Shown in pieces: positions 1 through 13,530 of a stretch of DNA of 64,000 bases (position 1 is the first letter of the stretch; each line of letters begins with the position of its first letter). A program made the position numbers and the translations under genes. The notes under the pieces were generated by a model. It was given only the letters and a program-made list of their open reading frames with translations. It made no database searches and was not told the DNA's origin. Source of the stretch: Eledone cirrhosa (lineage: Eukaryota); the NCBI GenBank assembly GCA_964016885.1, contig OZ024747.1:5704001-5768000 (forward strand), read 5' to 3'.

Positions 1-47
1 GTTTCAGTTTTTTTCTATGGGTTGTAAACTGAAAAAGGTTACATGTA

Positions 48-119
48 CCTCTTGACCAGGATTGAACCCAAGACCAGGATCTCCACCGTCTCTAGTACCT
101 ACCACTAGGCCACAGAGAC
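48..119 (-). mobile_element. tRNA-derived SINE head or tRNA pseudogene
   Basis: Minus strand has A-box-like TGGCCTAGTGG and B-box-like GGTTCAATCC at tRNA spacing, but no clean cloverleaf. Confidence 0.4.
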
Positions 120-697
120 AATCACGAAAAATCTTATGAAAATTCATACTTATAAACCTACTTTCAGAATTTTCACTACAATTTCAAAGCAAAGTGATGT
201 GGTGTCGTTCATGTCTTTCTTAACGTTATTGCTCCTACTTAAGGTCGACTTCTAAATCAGTTGGGTGTTCCATAATCTACATCCTTGTTTTGTTTCACAT
301 CTATCTAGACTATATTTTAACCTGTCATCCATGACCAGGATCTCCACCGTCTCTAGTACAAACACGCGCAGTTCCTTTTCATTTTCAATATTCGTCAGAA
401 TTTGGATAACACATCTATCGATCTCTTGCCCCCTCTCACTCTCTCCCCCTCTTCTTATTCCCCCCCCCCCCCCCTCTTCTCACTCTCTCCCCCCCTCTGC
501 TCACTCTCTCCCCCCTCTTCTCACTCGCTCCCCCTCTTCTCACTCTCTCCCTCCCGCCCCCTCTCACTCTCTTCCTACTCCTCTCACTCTCGCCCACTCC
601 TCTCACTCTTTTCCCCTCTCTCTATCTCTCTAAGCTTATCTCTCTCTGGCTCTCTTTCCCCCTCACTCACTCTGTTTTATGCACGGACTTGTACTAG

Positions 698-737
<40 letters not shown>

Positions 738-740
738 TAT

Positions 741-1010
741 CAGGGCATTCTTCTAGGAGAAGACAACTCAGGAGACTGGGATAACTCCGATATAAAACCT
801 GTGGCTCAGTAGTTACTGATGATGTTGATCTGTTCTTCTATTCGGGTTATGGCTACTCTCTCAGAGAGTGGGATTGGCTCAGTGCACAGTCTTTCCTCAC
901 TATAAAAAATATCTTCACGCACAGGCATTGCACAATAGAATTAATTAATAATTACTAATAATGGTATATCGTGCAATGGCCATACTCTATAACGAGGGGG
1001 CGGCCATCAT
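741..1010 (+). mobile_element. Diverged short RTE-derived non-autonomous element
   Basis: Collinear similarity to 49539-50148 (ctaggagaag, agagagtggga, gcacaggcattgc, end ggccatcat) with a larger internal deletion; ends in (TA)n. Confidence 0.65.
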
Positions 1011-1025
1011 CATATATATATATAT

Positions 1026-1216
1026 AGGAAAAAGTATGACCCCGACGACAGAGCTCAAGCCGTTTCGACGGCTATTTCTCGTCCAGAAATAACCGTCGAA
1101 ACGGCTTGAGCTCTGCCGTCGGGGTCATACTTTTTCCTATCCCCAACTCTACTACCCTAAGTATTGAGTACTCTCGTGCGTTATGGTCCATCTGGTTCCC
1201 TACCACAATTCCTCTG

Positions 1217-1218
<2 letters not shown>
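1026..1218 (+). mobile_element. Fold-back element family A with 3' half of a hammerhead and PLE-like tail
   Basis: ~53-bp inverted arms (1027-1138) containing GAAAC-GGC-loop-GCC-GTC-ggggtc; tail gtattgagtactc; flanked by (TA)n; related copies at 38473, 42118, 44745, 62343. Confidence 0.7.
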
Positions 1219-1254
<36 letters not shown>

Positions 1255-1404
1255 TACGGGTATGCGCATTTGTGTGTGCATGTTTATGTCTGTGTGTGTG
1301 TGCTTATGTCAAACATTTTACTCTACTTCTCTCATTTTATGTCCCCCTCTCTATCTCTTTCTCCCTTCGTTGCTCATACTCTTTCTTTCTCTTCTTTTCC
1401 TTCT

Positions 1405-1438
<34 letters not shown>

Positions 1439-2340
1439 TCTCTCTCCTTCTTCTCTTCCCTACACACCCCTACTTACTCCCTTCGTCTCTCCTCCCCACA
1501 TATCCCTATTACCACCATATAACCTAAGCCCTCAAGATAGGGGAGCAAGGAAGTCATTAATCTCTCCTCTTCATCAAAACTGCCCCTTTTATTGCTCTGA
1601 CCCCTTACCTACTCGAAACGAAACGGTTATCATTTAACAACTTTAATTCCTACTTTTTCTACCACCTTTCGCCCCCGCCTCCTCCCCCCGCTACTGCCAT
1701 GCCCACCATTTCAATCATATTTTTTTATACCGCTCATCTCATTTCTCTCTCCCCCCCCCCCCCTCTCTCTCTCTCTCCCCTCTCCCCCCCCTCTCTCTCT
1801 CCCCTCTCTCTCCCCCCCCCCTCTCTCTCTCTCCATCCTCTCTCCCCATCTCTCTCCCCATCTCTCTCTCCTCTCTCTCTCTCCATCTCTCCCCATCTCT
1901 CTCTCTCCCCATCTCTCTCTCTACCCATCTCTCTCTCTCCCCATCTCTCTCTCCTCTCTCTCTCGCCTCTCTCTCTCCCCCCCCTCTCTCTCTCGCCCCC
2001 CTCTCTCTCTCGCTCTCCCCATCTCTCTCTCTCCCCATCTCTCTCTCTCTCCCCATATCTCTCTCCTCTCTCTCTCTCTCCCCTCTCTCTGTCTCTCCCC
2101 ATCTCTCTCGACTTAGATTCCTGCATACTATCGTCTTTAAAAATACGTTGATCTTTATGCACATTACCATAAATATTTCTGAATCATTCCACTAAATACA
2201 AATTTAATTGTAGTGTATCGTTTACAAATATTATGGATGCTCTGAACAGATGTTTATTGAACTTTTTACTGAGAAACATAGTTGATATATATTTTATATA
2301 TATTGCTTATGCCAAAAATTAACTTATATATATATATATA

Positions 2341-2380
2341 TCATATTTATTTACAATACTAGAGAGAACAAAGATTTATG

Positions 2381-2416
<36 letters not shown>

Positions 2417-2452
2417 TAAATCTTTGTAGTTCTCTCCAGTATTTTAAATATG
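2341..2452. repeat. Imperfect inverted repeat around a (TA)n tract
   Basis: tcatattta...caaagatttatg (TA)n cataaatctttg...taaatatga; gtattgagcac motif follows at ~2540. Confidence 0.6.
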
Positions 2453-3112
2453 ATATTCTGCTCTGCTTATTATACAATTGTTAAACTATCTCTCTTTCCA
2501 TTTGATCACACATGACTCTCTAGTCTAGCAATCTGTATGTATTGAGCACACTAACCTTCTCTATACTGGCTAGTAATCTGCATGCTAATCACCTTTCTCT
2601 CTTCCTGGTTAGCTTACTTGCTTTTTACTCTCTCTCTCTATTATAAGGTTAGTAATTTAAAACTCTACTTCAGTAATTTGATTCTGACTTAGGTTTTTTT
2701 CTATTTAATTGCTAAACCTGTGGATATTGTTTTCCATACAGTAACGGTAAAAATCATTTGTAATAATCCTTTACACACATTTCACTGTGTAACACACTTC
2801 TATTTGTGTAATATATTTGTATATATATAATGTGTGTGTGTGACATAGTCATACCACCGACTACCTGTTGAGCCGTTGGGAACTCAGTGACAATATTTCT
2901 CTGTTAGTTTTACAGCCTAGTTCCATGTTGACTAACAACTCTGTGTGTGTATGTATGAACACTGTGTGTGTATATATATGTTCGTGTTCATGTGTGTGTG
3001 TATATATATGTGTGTGTACCCTCTGTTCTGAGATATACTCATTATTTCTTTTGAAACTGATACATTTGATGACCTAGCTAACTTAATTCTCTACGCCGCC
3101 ATAGAGCATGTT

Positions 3113-3612
3113 CCATCGCAACACACACACACACACGCCAACACATATACACACACATGCACACACACACGCCAACACATATACACACACACGCCAACAC
3201 ATATACACACACATGCACACACACACGGCAACACATATACACACACACGCCAACACATATACACACACATGCACACACACACACGCCAACACATATACAC
3301 ACACATGCACACACACACGGCAACACATATACACACACACGCCAACACATATACACACACATGCACACACACACGGCAACACATATACACACACACGCCA
3401 ACACATATACACACACATGCACACACACACACGCCAACACATATACACACACATGCACACACACACGCCAACACATATACACACACACGCCAACACATAT
3501 ACACACACATGCACACACACACGCCAACACATATACACACACATGCACACACACACGCCAACACATATACACACACATGCACACACACACGCCAACACAT
3601 ATACACACACAT
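3113..3612. repeat. Compound CA-based minisatellite
   Basis: Repeated gccaacacatatacacacacatgcacacacac units. Confidence 0.95.
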
Positions 3613-3761
3613 ACTCCCCCACAGCCAACTTCTTTCTACTAACAAAATCCCCCCATCCAGCCACCCCTCTCACTCGAGAAAACATCTACATGATCGTTAG
3701 AACTGCTAGACACTGCTCTCATTTAATTACTCAGCCACCCTATTGTCTTACAGAAGGAAGT

Positions 3762-4317
3762 TTAACCCTTTAATGACCACATTTCTAATAAAATACAATA
3801 TTTTAATTAATGAAGAATGTTGAAGGATTTACTAACACTGTTAATTACTTCACTGTTAATTACTTCATTAGTAAGATGGTAACATAATGTAAAGTCCTTA
3901 TAGAAAATTATGTTGGAAGATTTTAATTTAAATTGAAAACCTTTAAAATGGGTGATTTTATTTCATAGAACCAGGGCTGGTTTTGGCTGGGTTGGTAACT
4001 AAAGGGTTACATAAGAATCCTTTAAATTAGGTGGTTTTATTTCATAAAACCAGAGCTGGTTTGGGTCTGCATGGTAGCTAAAGGGTTAACTAGATGCAAT
4101 TTAAAATAGGTGGTTTTATTTCATGAAACCGGAGCTGGTTTGGGTCTGCATGGTAGCTAAAGGGTTAACTAGATGCAATTTAAAATAGGTGGTTTTATTT
4201 CATGAAACCGGAGCTGGTTTGGGTCTGCATGGTAGCTAAAGGGTTAACTAGATGCAATTTAAAATAGGTGGTTTTATTTCATGAAGCCGGAGCTGGTTTG
4301 GGCCTGCATGGTAACTA
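3762..4317 (+). mobile_element. piggyBac-type MITE with tandemly reiterated right end (79-bp units)
   Basis: Left end TTAA-CCCTTTAATGACC (3762). Right end GGTARCTAAAGGG-TTAA recurs at ~4010, 4089, 4168, 4247. Confidence 0.65.
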
Positions 4318-5253
4318 GTGTTGTGAATAAAAACGACAAGAGGATCATGGCTGGAATGTCTTTGATCATCACTCTGCGCAAATAGAGCCACCTAGGGCTA
4401 AACAACTACAATGTCCACAACGACGACGAGGTTGAAGATGGTGATGATGATGGTAGTAATGGCGATAGCGGAGGTGGGGATAAAGATGGTTATGCTGATG
4501 ATGTGTGGTAGAGATGATGATGATAATGATGATAATGATGTCTGAAAGAGGAAAAATAATATCAATCATTGTGATAGTGTACTCTTCTCTCTACATTAAT
4601 ATTTCTAGTAGCTGTCGGTGTAAAGGTAGCATTTCTGTCCAGCATACATGAAGGTGTGGGTTCGTGTCACGTGGGTGCTAAGGGGCACCTTATATGCTCT
4701 TGTTGTTTAGACTATTTTTCTATAATAAAAAAACTTCATGAAACTTCTAACTTCCTCATAAATACATATATATGTGTGAAAGAAAGATATCTAAATAAAG
4801 ATATATATAAATATATATATACATATATATGTGTGTGTGTGTATTGTATATATTTATATATATATGACACGTACGATAATTCGCAGCAAAATATCTCAAA
4901 TGTGAAGGGTATATTTTTATAGAGACGAGGTGAGGATATTACCATAAACATATATTATCCTCCTATATTGGTGTCAGAGCACATTCATAAATGTTTCTTA
5001 TCCGTTTAACCCTCATACATTTAATTATGAATTCCTGTGGTTGGTGAAGGAGAGACTTGGAACTCATATAAGACATTCTTCACCATTGACACATTTCAAG
5101 TGGCTGAAGGACTTGTTTTGACGAGACATTTCTGGTGGCATATTTTAATAATATCTAACCAGCAGCGACCTTATCTATCTATCTATCTATTTATCTGTCT
5201 GTCTGTCTATCTATCTATTTATCTGTCTGTCTGTCTGTCTTTCTGTCTATCGA

Positions 5254-6200
5254 TTGTTTTTTTAAATTGCATTTGTGATAGTATTTTACACGTTTTTATT
5301 GTATGTAAACTTCCCCCTTTGTATTTGTCCCCTTCTTTTGTGCCCCTGTGGCTAATAAAGAAACATATCAATCTGTCTGTCTATCTGTCTATGTAACCCC
5401 TCCCCCTATTGGGGATTTCGATTGTTAAATTTGTTTGTTTTAATAATATTTTTACACGACTGTATGTAAAATCCCCGGCATGTGTCTTTGTATTGTCCCC
5501 TTTTCTTGTGCGCCCTTGTAACGAATAAAGAAATATATCTATCTATGTACCTGTCTGTCTGTCTATCTATCTATATATCTATCTATCTGTCTGCCTGTCT
5601 GTGTCTATCTGTCTATCTACGCTGTCACGTGTGGGACGCATTCAGTTGTCAGCCGAGTCCATCGTGAGGATCAACCCGCCGCCTTCATTTAAGAACGAAA
5701 GAGAGGCGGTTTTCCTCTGTCTGGTGGCTATGGCGAAAGAGGTAATATGGTGGACGAGATTAAAAGGACTGAGGGCAAACACCTTTCTCTCCGGGCAACA
5801 ACTTATCCCCTTCTTTAAGTATTACTTTAGAAGGAAGGTGAGAGTGGAGAGAGAGGTGCTACACCCCAGTAAATTCGTTGAGAGGTGGGTGAATGTGGCA
5901 AAAATGGCCCGAATGAATGGGCCTTCTCTGTATATAAACCTGTAGGTTGAGGAAGATAAACAGAGGGAAGACAGGAACATCTACAAAACGTGTTCCTGGT
6001 GTTGAGGGTTGTTCTATCCACGGGGTGTAAAACAACCCTGCAGTAACGTTCCACCCTATTGGGGATTTCAATTGTTATTTTATTATATAGAGTTTATTGT
6101 TATTTATTAATGTTAAAGTTATTTTTATGTAAAACCCCGGCCGTCATGTTTTGTATGTCCCATTTTTGTACGCCTCTGTGGCAAATAAAGAAAGATATCT
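5254..6200 (+). mobile_element. Three Tx1/L1-clade LINE 3' fragments separated by (TCTA/TCTG)n
   Basis: ORF 5601-5945 (AKEVIWWTRLK...FVERWV) resembles a Tx1/L1 ORF2 C-terminus; a shared 3' UTR ending aataaagaaa(c/g)atatc occurs three times. Confidence 0.7.
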
Positions 6201-6391
6201 ATCTGTTTATCACCTCTCTTCTTTATCTCTTTATCTCGCTCCCTTCATTTTAAATATAAGCGAAACCGTAGCGGTTTCCAGAAGTTGACTGAGGAGATGG
6301 GACTGCCAGTCTTTCCATTGTTTTTCTTTTTTCCATTTCTTCCAGGGAAGTATAGAGAATGAGAGAATGGAAATGAGAAATAGATATAGAG

Positions 6392-6545
6392 GAAGAATCG
6401 ACCCAGTACTTGTCTGGTACTTTTTTATCGACCCCGTAATGATGAAAGGCAAAATTAACCTCAGCGGGATTTAAACTCAGAGAGAGATGGGATGAATGCC
6501 ACAAAACATTCTCTCTGATGTTCTAATGACTCTACCAAATTAACG
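6392..6545 (-). mobile_element. tRNA-derived SINE (Meta-type core)
   Basis: Reverse complement of gagtttaaatcccgctgaggttaattttgcctttcatc...ggggtcgataaaa...gtaccag. Confidence 0.8.
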
Positions 6546-6717
6546 TCATGTGACTTCACACAAATTATAATCGCCTAATATTGAATCTTTTAAAAGGCCA
6601 ACTCCTCAAAAGAAAACATCAAACAGAACCGAAGAAAATGTGATAGAGTGAACTTAGTTCATTAATTTCCTAATAGTTTAGGTTTTGATGCAACTCTACC
6701 AAATTACTATTATTATG

Positions 6718-6899
6718 CAGCATCGGTAGAGCGTCAGACACCATGATTTACAGTACAGAGTTATGGCCCTTTAGGTTCTGAGTTCAAATCCCGCCGAAGT
6801 TAACTTTGCCTTTCATCCTTACGGGGTCGATAAAATAAAGTACCAGTAATACACTGGAATAATTGCTGGCCTTGTGCCAAAAGTAGAAACAATTATTAT
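6718..6899 (+). mobile_element. tRNA-derived SINE (Meta-type core)
   Basis: B-box GAGTTCAAATCC followed by gcctttcatccttacggggtcgataaaataaagtaccag. Confidence 0.85.
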
Positions 6900-6901
6900 A
6901 A

Positions 6902-7101
6902 GGGCGTTGGATTTTCAGAATTGGCAGAGCGTCAGACAACGTGCTTTGTAGTATATAGTTACGGTCCTTTACGTTCTGAATTCAAATCCCGCCGAGGTTA
7001 GCTTTGCTTTTCATCCTTATAGGGACAATGAAATAAAGTACCAGTAACGTACTGGAGCTAATTTAATTAACTTTCCCCTGGTGCCTAAATCAGAAACAAT
7101 T
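6902..7101 (+). mobile_element. tRNA-derived SINE (Meta-type core)
   Basis: Adjacent second copy of the same family. Confidence 0.8.
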
Positions 7102-7450
7102 AAATTACTATTAGCATAATTATTTGATAAGATTTAGCAACATTTAACAGCATAGAAACGTTAAAGGGGACACATTCTGGTTAGTATAATAGGACAAACG
7201 TGCAAGATCAGAAATGGCGCAACAATTAGGCTAACAATACTGTTAGGACTTAATAGAAGAGGCAGCAAGAATACATGATACAGGCTTATAACTTCTTCGT
7301 AAGATCACACGAGACAAAAATATTGTTTACATTTACTAATCACACACACACACACAGACACAGACACACACACAGACACACAGACACACAAACACACATA
7401 TGCACACATTTATGCATTTACGATGTACATATATATATTTATACATACAC

Positions 7451-7482
<32 letters not shown>

Positions 7483-8644
7483 TGAGGCGGTATATAAATT
7501 AAATGAATAAATAAACTGAAAAGTGGCAGCTGTAGTGGGGTCAGTAGGGTTAGATTCTGTCGAGTTAAAGTAATTAGATTAGAAATAAACCACTCTTGGG
7601 ATAAGATGTGCTTTATTACATCTAACGATTGGTATCAAACCACATCTTCCTAACAACACACAGACTCTCTCTCTCTCTCTCTTACATCTAACGATTTGGT
7701 AGCAAACTACAATACACACACACTCTCACTCACTCACTCACTCACTCACTCACTCTCCCTCTCGCTTTCTTTCTCTCACCCTCTCTCGCTCATATTCTGT
7801 CTCACCCTTTTTCTCTCTCTTATCCTCTCTCGTTTTATCACTCTTCCCTCTCTCCTTCTCTTTCTGCCTTGTGAAACCAAAAAATACTATGCTAATTTCT
7901 TATTATATATATGTGTGTGTATGTAATGGATGTATCTATGTATGTGTGTGTGTGTGTGTGTGTGTAATGGATGTATCTATGTATGTTTCTCTGTGTGTGT
8001 ATGTAATGGATGTTTCTGTGTGTGTGTGTATGTATAAGTGGATCTATGTCTCTTTCTCTATGTGTGTGTATGTGATTGTCCGTATACGTTTCCAGTAAAC
8101 TCAAATTTTGACTACTTGGATTATTTTACAAATCTTCACTGCTCCATACCTCAGTTGGATTTCCTCAATATTTGTCAGTTTGTTTTTTCTTGGAACTTCC
8201 AGTATTTCACGGTGTTTTAGTGTAATTCTGTTGTTACGTAGCCCCTATCCCAGTGCCGCCATGATAATGAGGCCGAATGAAAGTCTAAAACCCAGATAAT
8301 GTCGTATGTAGGTTGGAACAATTATTTGACACTTCTATGGTAGACTTTGACTGGTTCCTAATGTATTCAGTAGATCGACAAGTTTCACTGAAGTTGGAAT
8401 AACACGTGGTATTTATGGCGGATATTTCTTCGAACAAACAAAGATGCCATGTTGACGAAATGGTTCCATTTTGGTTACTTTCTCCCACTATTTTAAAAAT
8501 ATATATACAACTGTATGTACGAAGGTGTTGGCCAGGATTTCTCCAAGGTAACTAAAGAATTACCTGAGGACATATCCAAAGTAAAACGTCGAAGCCTATA
8601 AGATTTTTTCTGGTATCTTTTAGCTAGAAATTTCTTGGGGGCAA

Positions 8645-9945
8645 CAATACGCTTTTAACACCAAATACTGACTCGAAATCCTTGGCATCAGCTAGGATAA
8701 CTTCATCACCAACAAATAAGTCCATCAAGGAACCCACCAATAACGTGTGTCTAACATCTTGTGCAAGAGTCGTCTTGACTGGTAGAGACATGTCACATGA
8801 CTCCCAAATGAGAGACGTCCCACATTGGTATGTACCTCCATGGAAAGAGGGAAAGAAAACGTCCCAAGATGCTCTGGCGGCAGATATTCTCCAAGGACCA
8901 GAAACCTGTCAACAAAAGTTGGAACGATGTATAGATAGATGGAACTGACTGCTGTCATTGGAGCACTTTGCCTGCCTCGTGTGTCTCAAGACGTGGGATG
9001 TATTGATAGATGTAACTGACTGTGGTCATTGGAGCACTTTGTCTGCCTCGTGTGTCTCAAGGCGTGGGATGTATTGATAGATGTAACTGACTGTAGTCAT
9101 TGGAGCACTTTGTCTGCCTCGTGTGTCTCAAGGCGTGGGATGTATTGACAGATGTAACTGACTGTGGTCATTGGAGCACTTTGTCTGCCTCGTGTGTCTC
9201 AAGACGTGGGATGTATTGATAGATGTAACTGACTGTGGTCATTGGAGCACTTTGTCTGCCTCGTGTGTCTCAAGGCGTGGGATGTATTGATAGATGTAAC
9301 TGACTGTGGTCATTGGAGCACTTTGTCTGCCTCGTGTGTCTCAAGGCGTGGGATGTATTGACAGATGTAACTGACTGTGGTCATTGGAGCACTTTGTCTG
9401 CCTCGTGTGTCTCAAGACGTGGGATGTATTGATAGATGTAACTGACTGTGGTCATTGGATCACTTTGTCTGCCTCGTGTGTCTCAAGGCGTGGGATGTAT
9501 TGATAGATACAACTGACAGTGGTCATTGGAACACTTTAGTTGTCTCACGTGTCTCAAGACATGGGATGTATTGATAGATGTAACTGACTGTGGTCATTGG
9601 AGCACTTTGTCTGCCTCGTGTGTCTCAAGGCGTGGGATGTATTGATAGATGTAACTGACTGTGGTCATTGGATCACTTTGTCTGCCTCGTGTGTCTCAAG
9701 GCGTGGGATGTATTGATAGATACAACTGACAGTGGTCATTGGAACACTTTAGTTGTCTCATGTGTCTCAAGACATGGGATGTATTGATAGATGTAGCTGA
9801 CCGTGGTCATTGGAACACTTTGGCTGCCTCATGTGTCTCAAGGCATGGGATGTATTGATAGATGTAACTAACTGTGGTCATTGGAGCACTTTGTCTGCCT
9901 CGTGTGTCTCAAGACGCAAGGGCTTCTAAGTATCAGTAAAAGTCT
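8645..9945 (+). pseudogene. Degenerate RTE-clade LINE 3' portion
   Basis: Across stops and frameshifts: AFNTKY*LEILGIS*DNFITN...SRLDW*RHVT*LPNERRP...GKRERKRPKMLWRQ...HWSTL.ASC, matching RTE C-terminal motifs. May extend back to ~8095 (NFDYLD). Confidence 0.75.
8934..9916 (+). repeat. 71-bp minisatellite, ~14 copies
   Basis: Unit gatagatgtaactgactgtggtcattggagcactttgtctgcctcgtgtgtctcaaggcgtgggatgtatt; starts at 9005, 9076, etc. Confidence 0.95.
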
Positions 9946-10052
9946 AAATAACTCAACATTCCTGAACCAACACAAGATTGTCGGTATCTTTTTAAAGACA
10001 TTTCTGCAAAATATACAGAATCCACGTAATTGTATTTATATTAGGATTAATA

Positions 10053-10270
10053 ATGGTTTCTGATTTAGGGACAAGGCCAACAATTTTGGGGAAGGGGAAA
10101 GTCGATTAAATGGAACCCGGTTATTACTGGTACTTTATTTTATCAGCACCCGGACATATGAAAGGCAAAGCTAACATCGGTGGGATTTTAACTCAGAACG
10201 TAAAGGGATGTAACTATGCGCCACAAAGCATGTTGTCTGGCGCTCTACCGATACTGCTAATCTACCGCCC
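10053..10270 (-). mobile_element. tRNA-derived SINE (Meta-type core)
   Basis: Reverse-complement match to the 6718/14286 family. Confidence 0.8.
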
Positions 10271-11117
10271 CTGATACCAACAATAACAACAACAATAATA
10301 ACATCGGCCTCGAACATAGCAATAATTTTGATGACAAAGGAACATATACCACAAGAATTACACACACATACACATACACACACACCACGCCACGCACACA
10401 CCACTCCACACACACATACACACACAACAATAAAAATGGCGGAGATGATGACAACAGTAACAAGTATGAAAACAACGACCAGTATAATAGCAACAAGAGT
10501 TAGAGGGGGAGGTACAACAATAGACCAATGGAACGCCGTGACCCCCCCCCCCATTTCTTCTCTTTACTATTCTTTACAGAGTCTGTCATCACCCTTTTAG
10601 CCCCCTCTCATCTCCTTTTCCTTAATACACACTCATACACACACACACACACATGCACACATACACACTTACAAATACATCCAGGAACACATACATTCTT
10701 ACAAATACATTCAAGCACACATATACAAGTATTCTCACACACACACACACACACACACATACACATATATACACGTATACATACGCACACATATACAAGT
10801 ATTCACACACATACACACATATATATATACATGTATACATACGCACACATATACAAGTATTCACACACACATACGCACACATATACAAGTATTCACACAC
10901 ACACATACAAGTATACATACGCACACATATACAAGTATACATACGCACACATATACAAATATTCACACACACACACACATACATATATACAAGTATTCAC
11001 ACATACACACATTTAAACATATATACACATACGTGTGCGCATTCTACATATGCGGTCATATACACATTTGTATACACATTCAGATTCACATATACATACA
11101 TACATACATACATACAC

Positions 11118-11162
<45 letters not shown>

Positions 11163-11245
11163 TACATACATACATACACACATACATACACAACCTTTAA
11201 TGTTGCCGATTTCTCTGAGACAATCTAAGCAGCTGTTTGTCATTA

Positions 11246-11321
11246 CTGATGATGATGATAATGGTGAAGATGATGACGATGTTGATGATGATGATGGTGG
11301 TGAAGATGATGACGATGTTGA

Positions 11322-11355
<34 letters not shown>

Positions 11356-11483
11356 GACGATGTTGATGATGGTGGTGGTGGTGGTGACGATGTTGATGGT
11401 GGTGGTGGTGGTGACGATGTTGATGATGGTGATGGTGGTGGTGACGATGTTGATGATGGTGGTGAAGATGATGACGATGTTGA

Positions 11484-11517
<34 letters not shown>

Positions 11518-12488
11518 GACGATGTTGATGATGGTGGTGGTGGTGGTGACGATGTTGATGATGGTGGTGGTGATGGTGGTGGTGACGATGATGAGGTGGT
11601 GGAGGAGCAGAGTGGAAGGGTGATGCTGGTGATGACGATGGTGATGATGTGGATGTGGAGGTGGAGGAGGTGATGGTATTGAGGAGGGGTGGAGGTGGTG
11701 ATGGTGTGGAGGAGGTGGTGATATGGAGGAGGGGATGGTGTGGAGGAGGAGGTAATGGTGGTGGTGATGATTAAATTATGAGTTTTGTTTTTTATCATGT
11801 TTTGACATCAACAACAACAACATCAATAACAATGACATCAACAACAACAACAACAGTAATAAAATAATGATGATGATGATGATAAAAAGCGGGAGCAGAG
11901 GCGATGAGTGAGGGTGGCGTCTTGTAGGGGAGAAGGGGCAAACATTACAACAAACCACTACTACCGCTACTACCACCACCACCACTACCACCTCCACCAC
12001 CACTACCACCGCTACTACCACCACCACCACCACCACCACCACCACTACCACCACCACTACCACTGCTACTACCACCACCACCACCACCACCACTACCACT
12101 GCTACTACCACCGCTACTACCATCATCACCACCACTACCACCACATCTGACTAAATACATATTTGTCAAGTGTACAGTTTGGTTGGTGGCGGGGTGGTGG
12201 TGGTGATGGTGCTGGTGGTAGTTGTAGAGGAGATGGTGGTGGTGGTGGTGGTAGTTGTAGAGGAAGTGGTGGTGGTGGTGGTAGAGGTGGTGGTGGTGGT
12301 GGAGGTGGTGGTGGTGTAGACGACGATATGCAGTAGAAATGGATGGACATTTGTTTAAAAATTAATTTCCTTTTTCGTTTGTCTTACGTTGATGTTGTTG
12401 GTGTTGGTGTTGTTGATATGGATGATGTTGTTGATGATGTTGTTGATGTTGATGATGTTCTTTTTCGTCCTCTTCAACTTCTTTTTCA

Positions 12489-12520
<32 letters not shown>

Positions 12521-13005
12521 CACATCCACCATCAACAATATCTTCAACACCACACCCATCACCACTATTATCAACAACGTACCCACCCTCCATCAACACC
12601 ACAGCCACAACCATTATTAGATAAAATAAAGTACCAGTAATGCACTGGGTAATTGCTGGCCTTGTGTCCAAAGTAGAAATAATTATTACCATTATAAGCA
12701 CCACCACCACTACCACTACCTCCACCATCTCCACCACCACTACCTCTACCACCAACACCTCCTACCACCACTACCTCCACCACCAACACCTCCTACCACC
12801 ACCAACAACAAGCAACAATCACCACCACCTCCTACCACCACCTCCTACCACCACCTCCTACCACCACCTCCTACCACCATTTCCTACCTCCACCACCACC
12901 TCCTTCCACCACCACTACCACCACCTCCTACCACCACTACCACCACCACCTCCTACCACCACTACCACCACCACCTCCTACCACCACTACCACCACCACC
13001 TCCTA
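11246..13005. repeat. Trinucleotide-rich low-complexity region (GAT/GGT/CAC/CTA)
   Basis: Mixed triplet runs on both strands; a SINE 3' remnant lies at ~12620-12690. Confidence 0.9.
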
Positions 13006-13477
13006 TCAGCCCCTCTCTAAACTTTCCTTGTTTCTCTCATTCATTCTTATATTTTTCGTTTCGTTTCACTTTCTGCTTTTTGTTTTCAAATTTTTTTAGA
13101 GGAGGGGGGAGGGGGGCATTTTTGTTGTTTTTGTTATTATTTTTCTATTGTTTTATCTAAAATTTGTTTCGGGTAGTTTCTCTTTGTTATTTAAATTTCC
13201 TTTGTTCCTCCTCCATCTAAACATATCTCTTTCTCCTTCTTTTCATACCTTTCTTTCTTCTCTTCTTTCGTTCTTTACTTCTTCATTTTTTATTAACTTC
13301 CTTCTTTCCTTCCTTCTGCCCCCCCCCCCCCCCCCGCCCCCCTTATGTCGTCTGCTCTCCTGTTGTTCGTTTTCTTTTCTTTTTTGCTGAATTCGTTACT
13401 GAATAAAACAAAACTTGGCCAATAAACATTAATTTAAACAATGTTATAGAAAACTATGAAAAGCCCTCCCCCGCCGC

Positions 13478-13530
<53 letters not shown>

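Noticed and set aside
6718-6800. SINE heads as tRNA genes
   Set aside because: A/B boxes continue directly into the SINE core; no acceptor-stem cloverleaf.
8934-9916. Regular repeat array as CRISPR
   Set aside because: Head-to-tail units without unique spacers, eukaryotic context, no cas genes.
11035-11673. Asp/Gly-rich ORF as an acidic biomineral protein
   Set aside because: Pure GAT/GGT repeat preceded by CA repeat, with no signal peptide or splice support.
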